Shown: positions 1 through 9,761, counted from the first letter of the stretch. The stretch is 64,000 nucleotides of DNA from Dehalococcoidia bacterium (GCA_030740155.1 JASLXV010000054.1:32001-96000), one strand, 5' to 3'. A program made the numbers and translations. Notes: a model not told the origin generated them from the sequence alone.

Positions 1-2
1 TC

Positions 3-104
3 ACCGACCCGCCTTGCCGGGCGGTCATCGGGACCACCGGCCTGGCCAAGAAACCTTTGGCCATCGAGATCGTCCACTGTACCGCCTACCGGGTGGCCCC
101 GTGA
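3..104 (+). CDS. 3' end of a RidA/YjgF-family protein (partial, runs off the window start)
   Basis: Frame 3 reads TDPPCRAVIGTTGLAKKPLAIEIVHCTAYRVAP*, resembling the RidA C-terminal P.R..(I/V)...L.....(I/V)EI pattern. Confidence 0.6.
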   Translation, partial: TDPPCRAVIGTTGLAKKPLAIEIVHCTAYRVAP

Positions 105-225
105 ACTGACCTGTCCCGGGCTCACATAGCAGGCGCTAGAATCAGGCGGTCACCGCGAGAGAAAAGCCCCGGGCAAGATGCTCTGTCCGGACCCGAGCAA
201 AAGACGGCTTCGGGGCGCCGCGCCT

Positions 226-897
226 CTAGTTGAGCCGGGGTCCTCGGAATGGGTTGCGCCTGGCCACTTCCTCTTGGAGGGTCCGGTTCCCGTCCTTGAG
301 TAGTGGCAGCAACCGTCCCAGCCGCTCCCCGGCGGTGGACAGTTCCAGTAGTTCTTGGCGCACTTCGTTGGGAAGCTCCAGGTTGGCGGCGACGGCGTAG
401 GATAGGCGAACCGGGTCCTGGGGCACCGCAACCCGCTCGGTCCATCCGCCGGTCAAGGCGGTCAGACCGAGCAGCAGCCGGGCGTACTCCCCGCCGATTT
501 CAGCCGCGACTTCAGGCGAGACATCCCCGAGCTCCTCGTCCAGGTACTGGACCTGGCCCACCAGATAGGGAAGCCGCCGGTCGATCTCCACCGTCGTGAA
601 CCGCCGTTGGCCCCGGGTGACGATATTCATCCGGCCCTCTTCCAGGTGCTCGACGTGAAGAACCCGGGCCGACGTACCGGCCTGGAACGGCTCCGCCGGG
701 CCGCCCACCTCCTGGCCTTCTTTGATCAACACGACCCCGAACGGCTCCTGCCGGTCGACGCAGTCACCGACCATGGTCTTGTACCGTTCCTCGAAGATAT
801 GCAGCGGCAACGCCATACCGGGGAACAAGACCACGTTCAGGGGGAACAGGGGCAGCGTGACCAAATCGCCGCCGTGTATGTCGTTCGGCTCATTCAT
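226..897 (-). CDS. LON peptidase substrate-binding domain protein
   Basis: LPLFPLNVVLFPGMALPLHIFEERY motif; no AAA or protease domain. Confidence 0.9.
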   Translation of the reverse strand: MNEPNDIHGGDLVTLPLFPLNVVLFPGMALPLHIFEERYKTMVGDCVDRQEPFGVVLIKEGQEVGGPAEPFQAGTSARVLHVEHLEEGRMNIVTRGQRRFTTVEIDRRLPYLVGQVQYLDEELGDVSPEVAAEIGGEYARLLLGLTALTGGWTERVAVPQDPVRLSYAVAANLELPNEVRQELLELSTAGERLGRLLPLLKDGNRTLQEEVARRNPFRGPRLN

Positions 898-1040
898 GGT
901 GCAACGGGTGTATTATCTCACCCCCGCGGCACTTGTTGCACGGGAACTGCCTCGAAACTAGTTCCCTCGCCCGGACCTCCCCATAATTAGCGGCTTTGGC
1001 ATTATAATTCCCCGTGGAGTCTTGGATTGGAGGATTTAAC

Positions 1041-1952
1041 ATGCCCGTCGAAAAGGTCTCACCGGAGCTGGATCGCATCGTACCGCCAAACCCGAAAATC
1101 GAAATCCTGGCTGAGGGTTTCGGTGGTGACCAGGGGCCCGCCGAGGGACCCCTGTGGTGGAAGGAGGGAGGCTACCTCCTTTTCAGTGATATCCACAACA
1201 ACCAGCGGATGAAGTGGTCTCCCCAGGATGGGGTGAGTGTATTTCTCGAGCCCACCAACCGGGCCAACGGCCTCACCAGGGACCTGCAGGGCAGGCTCAT
1301 TGCCTGTGAGCACGAGACCAGGCGAGTGACCCGGTTGGAACTCGACGGCAGCCTCACCGTCCTCGCCAATACCTACAAGGGGATCCAGTTGAACCGCCCC
1401 AACGACGTGGTGGTTAAGTCCGACGGCAGCATCTACTTCACCGACCCGTGGACTGCCCGCCGAAACAAGGAGCAGTGGGACCTGGACTTCAACGGGGTGT
1501 ATCGACTCTCGCCGGATCTGGCGACCTATACGCTATTGGTCCAAGATTTCGTCATGCCCAACGGCTTGGCCTTCTCTCCCGATGAGAGTGTGCTTTATGT
1601 AAACGATTCGCGCATGGGGCACATCCGGGCCTTCGACTTGCTGCCGACGGGATCGCTGTCGCTGCCCAGCGACCGGATCTTTTGCGACCTGCGCGGCGAG
1701 CGGCCCGGCGTGCCCGATGGCATGAAGGTGGACGTGGAAGGGAACATGTACTGCGGCGGCTCCGGCGGCATCTGGATCATGGACCCTTCGGGCAAACACC
1801 TGGGGACCATAGTGCACGGCGAGCCGGCAACCACCAACGTTGGCTGGGGCGGCGACGACTGGAAGACGCTGTTCTTCACCACCCGTGGTTCCCTGGGCCG
1901 GGTCCAACTGAATATCCCGGGTATCCCGGTGCCCGTGGCGAAAGCCGGGTGA
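1041..1952 (+). CDS. SMP-30/gluconolactonase family protein
   Basis: EGPLW, PNDVVVKSDGSIYFTDP, PNGLAFSPDE and PDGMKVD motifs. Start set at ATG 1041 after GGAGG. Confidence 0.92.
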   Translation: MPVEKVSPELDRIVPPNPKIEILAEGFGGDQGPAEGPLWWKEGGYLLFSDIHNNQRMKWSPQDGVSVFLEPTNRANGLTRDLQGRLIACEHETRRVTRLELDGSLTVLANTYKGIQLNRPNDVVVKSDGSIYFTDPWTARRNKEQWDLDFNGVYRLSPDLATYTLLVQDFVMPNGLAFSPDESVLYVNDSRMGHIRAFDLLPTGSLSLPSDRIFCDLRGERPGVPDGMKVDVEGNMYCGGSGGIWIMDPSGKHLGTIVHGEPATTNVGWGGDDWKTLFFTTRGSLGRVQLNIPGIPVPVAKAG

Positions 1953-2018
1953 TCCGGCTCTGAGCCCTCACCGGGACCGTTACCCGGTCAACCACCAACT
2001 TCGCGAGGAGGCAACTAG

Positions 2019-2567
2019 ATGGCACGACTATCCAACATTACCAGGGACGAGCTAAAGCCCGAAGACCAGAGATACTTCGACGAAATCGCCAGCAGCCGGG
2101 GAAGCGTCCGGGGCCCGTTTGGCGTATTGCTGCACAGCCCAAATTTGGCTTCCCGCGTGGCCGCCACCGGCCACTACGTTCGGTTCGACTTTGCCATTCC
2201 CGAGGCGCTGAAAGAGGTGGTGATCATCACCACGGCGCGGGAGATCAAGTCCCCCTACGAGTTCGCTGCCCACGCCCGGCTGGCCCGCGCGGCCGGCGTC
2301 TCCGAGGACACGATCCGCTCCATCGCCGAGGGCAGGGCCCCCCAGGGGCTTTCCAGCGACGAGACGATGCTGGTCAACTACGTGCTGGAACTGCTGCGGC
2401 AGCACAAAGTCAGCGACGCAACCTACGACGCGGTCAAGAACCGCTACGGGGTTCAGTCTACAGTGGACCTGACCGTGCTCATCGGGCACTACCTGCAGGT
2501 GGGTCTGGTTCTGGCCGCCTTCGAGGTGGAGCTGCCTCCGGGAGTGACCTCGGAGCTACCCGCATAG
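2019..2567 (+). CDS. Carboxymuconolactone decarboxylase/AhpD-like protein (no CxxC)
   Basis: GPFGVLLHSP...E..I..TAR...YEFAAH...A..AG pattern; GAGGAGG RBS. Confidence 0.85.
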   Translation: MARLSNITRDELKPEDQRYFDEIASSRGSVRGPFGVLLHSPNLASRVAATGHYVRFDFAIPEALKEVVIITTAREIKSPYEFAAHARLARAAGVSEDTIRSIAEGRAPQGLSSDETMLVNYVLELLRQHKVSDATYDAVKNRYGVQSTVDLTVLIGHYLQVGLVLAAFEVELPPGVTSELPA

Positions 2568-2622
2568 CCCCTACCGGGACCGTTACCCGGCCGACCGACA
2601 ACTTTTCTGAGGAGGCTGGCAA

Positions 2623-3171
2623 ATGGCACGTGTACCAAACGTCAACAGGGACGAGCTAAAGCCTGACGATCAGAAGTACTTCGACGAAATCGTGGGCACC
2701 AGAGGGAGCATGCGAGGCCCCTATGGCGTAATGCTCCACAGCCCCGACCTCGCCGCCCGCATGGCCGCCACGGGAGCCTACGTCCGGTTCGAGTTCGACC
2801 TACCCAACCCTTTGAAAGAGGTCCTGATCCTGACCGCCTCTCGAGAGTTGGACTCCCAGTACGCGTTCACCGCCCATGCCAAGCTGGCTCGGGAGGCCAA
2901 ACTCTCTGAAGAGACGATCCAGGCCATTGCCAGGCGCACCGCTCCCCAGGGCCTTCCTGCCGACGAAGCGATGCTGGTCAAGTATGCGCTGGAGCTGCTG
3001 CGGGAGCACAAGATCAGCGACGCCACCTACAACGCGGTCCAAGACCGGTTCGGCGTCCGAACGACGGTGGAGATCACCGGGCTCCTCGGCCACTACCTGT
3101 TTGTGGGCCTGATTCTAGCCGCTTTCGAGATCGACCTGCTTCCGGGGATGATCGCCGAGCTACCTGAATAG
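2623..3171 (+). CDS. Carboxymuconolactone decarboxylase/AhpD-like protein, tandem paralog
   Basis: Same length (182 aa) and clearly colinear with 2019..2567. Confidence 0.85.
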   Translation: MARVPNVNRDELKPDDQKYFDEIVGTRGSMRGPYGVMLHSPDLAARMAATGAYVRFEFDLPNPLKEVLILTASRELDSQYAFTAHAKLAREAKLSEETIQAIARRTAPQGLPADEAMLVKYALELLREHKISDATYNAVQDRFGVRTTVEITGLLGHYLFVGLILAAFEIDLLPGMIAELPE

Positions 3172-3277
3172 ACCCGCTGGCGTAGTTCCCCGGCACACGG
3201 CATTAGACTGCAACGGGTGCCGCCCGTCGCCGCACCAGGGCGGTGAGAGCAGCCAGAGCTGGTGGTTATCCCAACAT

Positions 3278-3346
3278 GTGGTTCGACAAGCTCACCACGA
3301 GCGGGGCAGTAGCGCCCTATCCGTTCGTCCTGAGCGTGTCGAAGGA
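3278..3346. repeat. REP-like palindromic doublet (GTGGTTCGACAAGCTCACCACG / CGTTCGTCCTGAGCGTGTCGAAGGA type)
   Basis: Two imperfect inverted units between convergent genes. Confidence 0.7.
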
Positions 3347-3402
3347 CCGCCGGCTCCAGGTCCCGAAGTCTTGAGTAGTTGCCCGGCGCAAGCCCGCCAG
3401 TG

Positions 3403-6327
3403 TCACGGCAAGGCGTCCCGCAGCACTTCCACCAGGTGCCGGGCCGCGCGCCCGGTGCCCTGCTCTATCTGCTGGCGGCAGGAGACACCCGACACTGCCA
3501 CCTCCCAGTCGGCGCCCTTGGCGTTGACCGCCGGGAATAGCGCCTGTCCGCCGATCGCCATGGATATCTCGTAATGCTCCCTCTCGTATCCGAAGGACCC
3601 CGCCATCCCGCAGCAGCCCGCGTTCACCGCCTCCACCTGGTACCCGGACGGCAGGCTGAGGGCGCGTATCGAGCAGTCCATACCGGCCAGGGCCTTCTGG
3701 TGGCAATGGCCGTGGAACAGCACCTTCTTGGGCACGTCCCGAAACTCCAGATCCAACTCCCCCCGATCCTGAAGCATCATCAGGAACTCGTCAATCAAAT
3801 ACGAGTGCTCGGCCACCATGCGTGACTTCTCATCTTTCAGGAAGTCCGGGTACTCGTCTCGAAGGGTAAGCAGGCAGCTTGGCTCGCAGCCGACTATTGG
3901 AACACCCTGGCTGGCGTAGCCGACAAGCAGGTCCACGTTGTAGCGGGCCTGGGTGGCCGCCTCACCCAGCAGGCCCTTGGAAATCATGGGCCGGCCGCAG
4001 CACCCGGCGTTGGCCAGCTCCACGCGGAATCCCGCCGCCTCCAGCAGTTCCACGGCGGCCCGGCCAACCTGAGGGTAGTTGTAGTTCATGAAAGTGTCAT
4101 TGAACAACACCACTGTCCGCCCCCCCTCACGAAGGGGGTATACAGGGGGATTGCCCTTCCGTTGCGAGCTGAACCACTTGGGCAACGTCTCCCGGACAAA
4201 GGGCGGGAGCGACCGCTCGGGATGGACCCCCAGAACCCTCCCGGCGAACAGCTTGCCCAGGGGACTCCGGGCTACCCAGTTTGAGATAGGCGCAAACTTG
4301 CTGCCCATCCGGTTAACCCGGTTTATGTGGGCAAACACCTTGTTCCGCAGGGGCCGGCCGTTGGCCGTATAGTACCGGTCCAGAAACTCGTACTTGAGCT
4401 TGGCCATGTCCACCCCGGAGTCGCACTCCGCCTTGCAGGCCTTGCACTCCAGGCACAGGTCCATGGCCTCGAAAAGCCGCTCGCTGGTAATGGTCCCTTC
4501 CGGCAACCGGCCCGACAGCGCCGCCCGCAGCAGGTTGGCCCGGCCCCTGGTTGAATGCTCTTCGTCCCGGGTGGCCATGAACGAGGGGCACATCGAGCCG
4601 TCCAGCTTGCGGCAGGCGCCCATGCCGTTGCACATCTCCACCGCGCCGGCGTAGTTGGTATCCAGGGAAAAGTCCAGTTTGGTGGGAAAGGGCGCAGACC
4701 GGTAATCGGGGCCGAAGCGGAGGTTCTCCGTCATCGGCGGGCAGTCGATGATCTTGCCGGGATTCATGATCCCCTGGGGATCGAAGGTGTTCTTTACTTC
4801 CCGGAACATCTCGTAAATCTCCGGGCCGAACATCTTCTCGGTCCAAACACCGCGAACGATCCCGTCCCCGTGCTCGCCGCTCAGCGAGCCGCCAAACTCC
4901 CGCACCAGGTCACTGATCTCGTCGGCGATGGAAACCATGGTGCCGATGCCCTGGGAGTCTTTGAGGCTGACCAGCGGTCGGACGTGGAGACAGCCGACGC
5001 TGGCATGGCCGTAGTAGGCCGCCTCGGTCCCATGGTTGCGAACAATCTCATCGAACCGGCGCACGAACTCCCCCAGGTTCTCCGGGTCCACCGCCGTGTC
5101 CTCCACAAAGGGAAGCGGTTTCGCGTCTCCATGGATGCTCATCAGCAGGCCCAGCCCGGCCCGGCGCAGATTCCACACATTGGCCTGGGCCGCCTTGTCC
5201 AGCATGTTGACGCACGCGTACCCGAGGCGCCGGTGAGCCATGTCCTCCTTCAGCGCGTTCATCTTCGAGGTTAGCTCAGCCTCGGATTCACCGTAGAACT
5301 CCACCGCCAGCAGGGCGCCCGGGTCCCCTTCAATGAAGGACATCCCCCGGGAGTGGCCCAGCGACTCCCGGGACCGGTCCAGCAGTATTTTGTCCATGAC
5401 TTCCACCGAAGATGGATCGTGCTTCAGAACCTCGCGGGTGGCCTCGCTGGCCTCCACGATGCCGGTGAAGTGCAGCACGGAAAGGGCGGTCATCGCCGGC
5501 CGGGGCACCAGGTTGACCTTCGCTTCGGTCACCACGCAAAGGGTGCCCTCCGAACCGACCACCATCCGGGATAGATTGAACGGGTCTTCGCCCAGAAACT
5601 CGTCCACGTTGTACCCGCTGACCCTCCGCATGATCTTCGGGTACCGGGCCACGATCTCTGCCAGGTTTTCCCGCGCTATCCGGTGCACGCCCCGGTAGAT
5701 GTCCGATTCCAGGCCGGCGGCGCTGAGCTTGGATTCCAACGAGTGGGCTTCCAGGGGGCTGAAGTGACACTGGGTGGCGTCGGCCAGCACCACGTTCAGC
5801 TCTTTGACGTGGTCCAGGGTCTTGCCATAAATGACCGAGTGAGCGCCGCAGGTGTTGTTGCCAATGCCGCCGCCAACGCAGGCCCGGTTGGCGGTGGTAG
5901 GGTCGGGAGCGTAGTGGAGTCCCTGAGCCAGTATCTGTTTATTGAGCTGCTCCAGTACAATACCCGGCTGGACCCGCGCCCAGTGCTCCTCCCGGTTCAC
6001 CTCCAGGAGTTTGTTGAGGTACTTGCTGAAGTCCACCACGATGGCGTGGTTGACCGTCTGCCCGGCCAGCGCGGTTCCTCCGCCACGAGGCAGCACCGGG
6101 ACGCCGTTGGCCCGGGCCAGTTCCACCACTGCTACCACGTCCTCCACGCTGCGGGGAATGACCACCCCCACCGGCTCCATCTGGTAGATACTGGCGTCGG
6201 TGCTGTAGAGGATTCGGGAGAACTTATCGAAGCGTACCTCCCCGGACACCCTTCGCCGCAACTCTTGGGCCAACTCCTCACGCTCTTTGCCCCGTATCCG
6301 GGCCGCCGCCGAGGTTGCCAGTGCCAT
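3403..6327 (-). CDS. FAD-binding plus (Fe-S)/CCG-domain oxidoreductase (GlcD/GlcF fusion, 2-hydroxyacid dehydrogenase-like)
   Basis: PRGGGT, GSEGTL, GEHGDG, CNGMGAC, CLECKAC and two CCG motifs. Confidence 0.92.
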   Translation of the reverse strand: MALATSAAARIRGKEREELAQELRRRVSGEVRFDKFSRILYSTDASIYQMEPVGVVIPRSVEDVVAVVELARANGVPVLPRGGGTALAGQTVNHAIVVDFSKYLNKLLEVNREEHWARVQPGIVLEQLNKQILAQGLHYAPDPTTANRACVGGGIGNNTCGAHSVIYGKTLDHVKELNVVLADATQCHFSPLEAHSLESKLSAAGLESDIYRGVHRIARENLAEIVARYPKIMRRVSGYNVDEFLGEDPFNLSRMVVGSEGTLCVVTEAKVNLVPRPAMTALSVLHFTGIVEASEATREVLKHDPSSVEVMDKILLDRSRESLGHSRGMSFIEGDPGALLAVEFYGESEAELTSKMNALKEDMAHRRLGYACVNMLDKAAQANVWNLRRAGLGLLMSIHGDAKPLPFVEDTAVDPENLGEFVRRFDEIVRNHGTEAAYYGHASVGCLHVRPLVSLKDSQGIGTMVSIADEISDLVREFGGSLSGEHGDGIVRGVWTEKMFGPEIYEMFREVKNTFDPQGIMNPGKIIDCPPMTENLRFGPDYRSAPFPTKLDFSLDTNYAGAVEMCNGMGACRKLDGSMCPSFMATRDEEHSTRGRANLLRAALSGRLPEGTITSERLFEAMDLCLECKACKAECDSGVDMAKLKYEFLDRYYTANGRPLRNKVFAHINRVNRMGSKFAPISNWVARSPLGKLFAGRVLGVHPERSLPPFVRETLPKWFSSQRKGNPPVYPLREGGRTVVLFNDTFMNYNYPQVGRAAVELLEAAGFRVELANAGCCGRPMISKGLLGEAATQARYNVDLLVGYASQGVPIVGCEPSCLLTLRDEYPDFLKDEKSRMVAEHSYLIDEFLMMLQDRGELDLEFRDVPKKVLFHGHCHQKALAGMDCSIRALSLPSGYQVEAVNAGCCGMAGSFGYEREHYEISMAIGGQALFPAVNAKGADWEVAVSGVSCRQQIEQGTGRAARHLVEVLRDALP
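4120..4152. repeat. CCCCCT..AAGGGGG..AGGGGGATT-type palindromic repeat inside the oxidoreductase CDS
   Basis: Matches the intergenic copy at 54420..54450. Confidence 0.55.
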
Positions 6328-6502
6328 GTCGTATTCTCCACTAAACCTTAGCGCTCAGCCATTAGCTGGTAGCAGTCAGCTTATCTCAATCGATGGTGCG
6401 GCTTCAACCGAGCCCAATACCCACCTCGCCCAGCCCCGGCGCAGCATTGTGACGGGTCTCACGCCGATGATAGACTGGCGCCACCCACCAAGGAGGTGTC
6501 AA

Positions 6503-7501
6503 ATGGTCAACCAGGCACCCCGCCCGGAAACCATCGATAAGCTCGCGCGCGGCGTCTACCCGGCCTTTGCGATGCTGGCCGGGATGCAGCTTGACCTGTT
6601 TACGCCCCTCAAGGATGGACCGAAGACCGCCGGGGAGATTGCCGAGGCGATCGGCGTCGGTTCGGCGAAACTCCGGCCCTTGCTCTACGCTCTGGTGGTT
6701 GCCGGTTTGCTGACAGTGGAAGAAGGCTTGTTTTCCAATACCCTGGAAACCGCTCATTTCCTGGTCCGGGGCAGATCGGCTTACATGGGCGGCAGGCATG
6801 AATCTATGGTTGAGACGTGGAACGCGGTGCTCAAGACAGCCGAGTCGGTCCGCACCGGCTCGGCTCAGGCTAAGATCGACTTCTCAGCTTTGTCGCCGGA
6901 AGAAGTGAAAACAAACCGGGGACGCAGGCACCTCGATACGATGGCCGCAGGGCGGGACCTGGTAACGAGGTATGATTTCTCGTCCTATCGCACCCTGCTG
7001 GATGTCGGGGGAGGCTCGGGGGGCCTTGCCATCGCGATCACCGAGGCCCATCCCGGTATCCGGGCGACCGTGGCCGATCTGCCCAATGTGGTTCCGGTCA
7101 CTCAATATTTCGTGGAGGAAGCAGGCACCACCGAAAGGGTCCGGGCAGTTGCAGCCGACATCCTCGAAGGCTTGGCCACGGGTCCCTACGACGTTGCGGT
7201 CTTGAGGAACTTCATTCAAGTATTGTCAGTCTGTCAGGCGCGCGTTGCCCTCCGTAACATCAACCAGGCTATCAAAGCCGGTGGCTCTATCTATATATTG
7301 GGGTCGATTATTGCCGATTCGCGGATCTTTCCCCCGGAAACGGTTGCATCCAACCTGTACTTCCTGAATATCTACGACGGAGGCCAGGCTTACACCGAAG
7401 GAGAGTATCGCGGCTGGCTGACCGAAGCGGGATTTGAGGACATCGAGCGCGTCGTTCTACCCGGCGCCACCAGCATTATGAGGGCCCGGAAGCCGGCTTA
7501 G
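6503..7501 (+). CDS. SAM-dependent O-methyltransferase (dimerisation plus methyltransferase domains)
   Basis: LLDVGGGSG SAM motif and N-terminal wHTH-like region. ATG 6503 follows AGGAGG. Confidence 0.9.
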   Translation: MVNQAPRPETIDKLARGVYPAFAMLAGMQLDLFTPLKDGPKTAGEIAEAIGVGSAKLRPLLYALVVAGLLTVEEGLFSNTLETAHFLVRGRSAYMGGRHESMVETWNAVLKTAESVRTGSAQAKIDFSALSPEEVKTNRGRRHLDTMAAGRDLVTRYDFSSYRTLLDVGGGSGGLAIAITEAHPGIRATVADLPNVVPVTQYFVEEAGTTERVRAVAADILEGLATGPYDVAVLRNFIQVLSVCQARVALRNINQAIKAGGSIYILGSIIADSRIFPPETVASNLYFLNIYDGGQAYTEGEYRGWLTEAGFEDIERVVLPGATSIMRARKPA

Positions 7502-7540
7502 CGTGCACAAGTCCTTAGTCTCGACCTAAGTTGTACGGCT

Positions 7541-7576
7541 CCCCTCTCCCGTGGGAGAGGGGTTTGGGGGTGAGGG
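7541..7576. repeat. CCCCTCTCCC-GGGAGAGGGG REP-like palindrome
   Basis: 10-bp inverted repeat plus GGGTGAGGG tail; related copies at 20347 and 56902. Confidence 0.75.
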
Positions 7577-7987
7577 CTGCCCACCATCGCCGCCACGTTG
7601 TCGCAGGCATCGCCCCAATGCTAAACTGGTGACAAGCGCGGTTGCCGGAGACTTCGGCGCGTGCTCGTAGCCCGGTGGGCGCGCTCCAAGGTTGGCGAGA
7701 GGGGGTTTATGCCAGACTGTATGAAACCCCTGCGATAAGAACCGCGCCTCGGCGCAACAGCTCGAAACACCACTAGCTGCGACCGAGACGGCTCTGCTTT
7801 CAAAAGCGTCTTGTATGGTTCGCACAGCAATATTTCGAGTATTATTCGGATCGGCATAAACAATGTTAAGCCGCATACGCCAGCAGAGATGGTGACCCTA
7901 TCGCCAATGGTCAGGACATTCTGCAGCGTATCTATATCGAGCATAAAGATGCGGACGACGTAGGAAGTTTCCCTGAGGAGACAGCCG

Positions 7988-8773
7988 TTGGACATGTCAT
8001 TGCAACGCGAACTCAGCCAGCTACTGGCCACACTGAGGCGCGAGGGGCGGCAGGTAAGTGGTCTTGAACCGCAGCTAGTGCCGCCGGACAAGGCAACTGC
8101 GTATAATGTCGCCCAGATGGTAGCCGAAGAGTTGGGCTGGGCGGTTGCTGGCTGGAAGATCGCCGCGGTGAAGCGAGAAATGCAGGAGGCCCTGCGTACC
8201 GATTCGCCGATCTACGGCCGGGTCTTCGCACCGATGGTCAAAGCCTCCCCGCTCAGGGTGGCACATTCCACGCTTTGCAGCCCGATACCGGAGGTCGAGT
8301 ATCAGGTACGGCTGGGCGTCGACCTCCCACCCCGCGACGAACCTTACACGGAGGCGGAGGTTGGCGATGCGATCGCTTCGTTGCACCCGGGTGTCGAACT
8401 CGCAGAATGCCGGTTCGTCCACGACGCTGCATTTCCGCCCCTCGAAGCCATTCTCGCCGACGGCGCGGGCGCGAGCACGATAGTCTATGGTCCCCCGATC
8501 GAAGATTGGAGGATGCGTGACATTGCGGGTCAAGAAGTAGTATTGCTCTGCAACGGCAAGCCGCGTCGACAGGGCACGGCGGCCGCCGCGCTCGACCACC
8601 CCATACGACCACTTGTCTGGCTCGCGAACGAAATGTCGCGTTCGGGCATTGGACTGAAGGCTGGGCAAATGATTAGTACCGGCACACTCACCGGCATGCT
8701 GGCGCCGAAGCCAAGCGAGACCTACGTCGCCGATTTTGGACCCCTCGGGACCATTTCGGTGACATTTACGTGA
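7988..8773 (+). CDS. 2-keto-4-pentenoate hydratase-like (FAH superfamily) protein
   Basis: GWKIA, PIYG, E.E, L.WLAN and GLKAGQMISTGTLTG motifs. Confidence 0.88.
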   Translation: MDMSLQRELSQLLATLRREGRQVSGLEPQLVPPDKATAYNVAQMVAEELGWAVAGWKIAAVKREMQEALRTDSPIYGRVFAPMVKASPLRVAHSTLCSPIPEVEYQVRLGVDLPPRDEPYTEAEVGDAIASLHPGVELAECRFVHDAAFPPLEAILADGAGASTIVYGPPIEDWRMRDIAGQEVVLLCNGKPRRQGTAAAALDHPIRPLVWLANEMSRSGIGLKAGQMISTGTLTGMLAPKPSETYVADFGPLGTISVTFT

Positions 8774-8878
8774 ACCAACCAATGTTCGGCCTGCTCCGTC
8801 AGCGTTCTGGTTTCGTATCGCTCAGGGATCAAACGGAAGGGATGTGGATCAGGTGCTACGGTCTGATTCAATGCATTG

Positions 8879-8974
8879 GCCTAATAAGCAGGTCAACGCG
8901 CCTGCCAAAAGGCTACGCCTTTCGGTTCCCTCAGCGCCTCGCGCTACGGCGGCGCGTTACCTAAACCGTTAGGC
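8879..8974 (+). mobile_element. Integron attC recombination site
   Basis: R'' GCCTAAT (one mismatch to RYYYAAC) and R' GTTAGGC (GTTRRRY). L boxes GGTCAACGCGCC / GGCGCGTTACC pair with one extra base; 96 bp long. Confidence 0.8.
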
Positions 8975-9017
8975 CGACGTAAGAACAAGAGCGGTCGTAT
9001 CGCAGGACACAAACGTC

Positions 9018-9761
9018 ATGAGCACGAACGTTGCGAAACCCGCTAAGGTGGCGATCATCGGCGCCAGCGGTACCTACGGCAAGGGGATCCTCGCCCGGGC
9101 CGAGGAGATTGGTGTCGAGGCGGTGGTGGTCACGCGGTCGCCGCACAAGTTCAAAGACGTGAAGCCGACGACTACGGTGGTCGAGGCGCAACTAGATGAA
9201 CAAGAGAAGCTGAAGAAGGCGTTTACGGGCTGCGACGGTGTCATCTCGGCGCTCGGCGACGACAGGAAGAAGCGCCCGAAGACGCACAACCTCCCGCACG
9301 TTTGGAACGCCATGAAGGCTGCCAGCGTGACAAAATTCATCGGCATGGGTTCCGGACTGATGATGATGCCGGGAGAGAAGCCTGGGGGTTTTCAGCGCAC
9401 CGTTCGCCCCCTGCTGAGCGTGCTGAAGCGCTTTGGTGTCGACCTGCTGGAACAGAACGAGTGGGAGCGCGACAGTCTGCTCATGGGCAAGAACAGCGCG
9501 GATGGCATCACGTGGGTGCTCACCAGACCGGTGAAGGCGACCAAGACGCCCTTTGTCGGGGCCCGAGTGCATAAGGATAGGCGCGGCCCGTTGAAATGTT
9601 CGATCTACGACCATGGCGACTTTTGCTTGTACTGCGTGGCGTCAAGCGAGTGGCAAGCTTGCACCGCATGTAAGTTCCGGGCCGCAGCCCAAGAAGAAGT
9701 AGGACCCCGCGAATGGTCCATTTTCCTTGTCTTGTCGCCGAGGCCTCGGCATGCCATATAA
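9018..9761 (+). CDS. NAD(P)H-binding (flavin/biliverdin reductase-like) protein, probably frameshifted near the 3' end
   Basis: IIGASGTYG Rossmann motif, DGVISALG and WVLTRP. A family-like ending APHVSS... lies in another frame that stops at 9702. Confidence 0.75.
   Translation: MSTNVAKPAKVAIIGASGTYGKGILARAEEIGVEAVVVTRSPHKFKDVKPTTTVVEAQLDEQEKLKKAFTGCDGVISALGDDRKKRPKTHNLPHVWNAMKAASVTKFIGMGSGLMMMPGEKPGGFQRTVRPLLSVLKRFGVDLLEQNEWERDSLLMGKNSADGITWVLTRPVKATKTPFVGARVHKDRRGPLKCSIYDHGDFCLYCVASSEWQACTACKFRAAAQEEVGPREWSIFLVLSPRPRHAI

Noticed and set aside
6287..6502. N-terminal extensions of the ORF-track calls (also at 19090, 35123, 51974, 18999..19211)
   Set aside because: They overlap divergent genes or promoters; downstream starts with a clear RBS fit the family N-termini.
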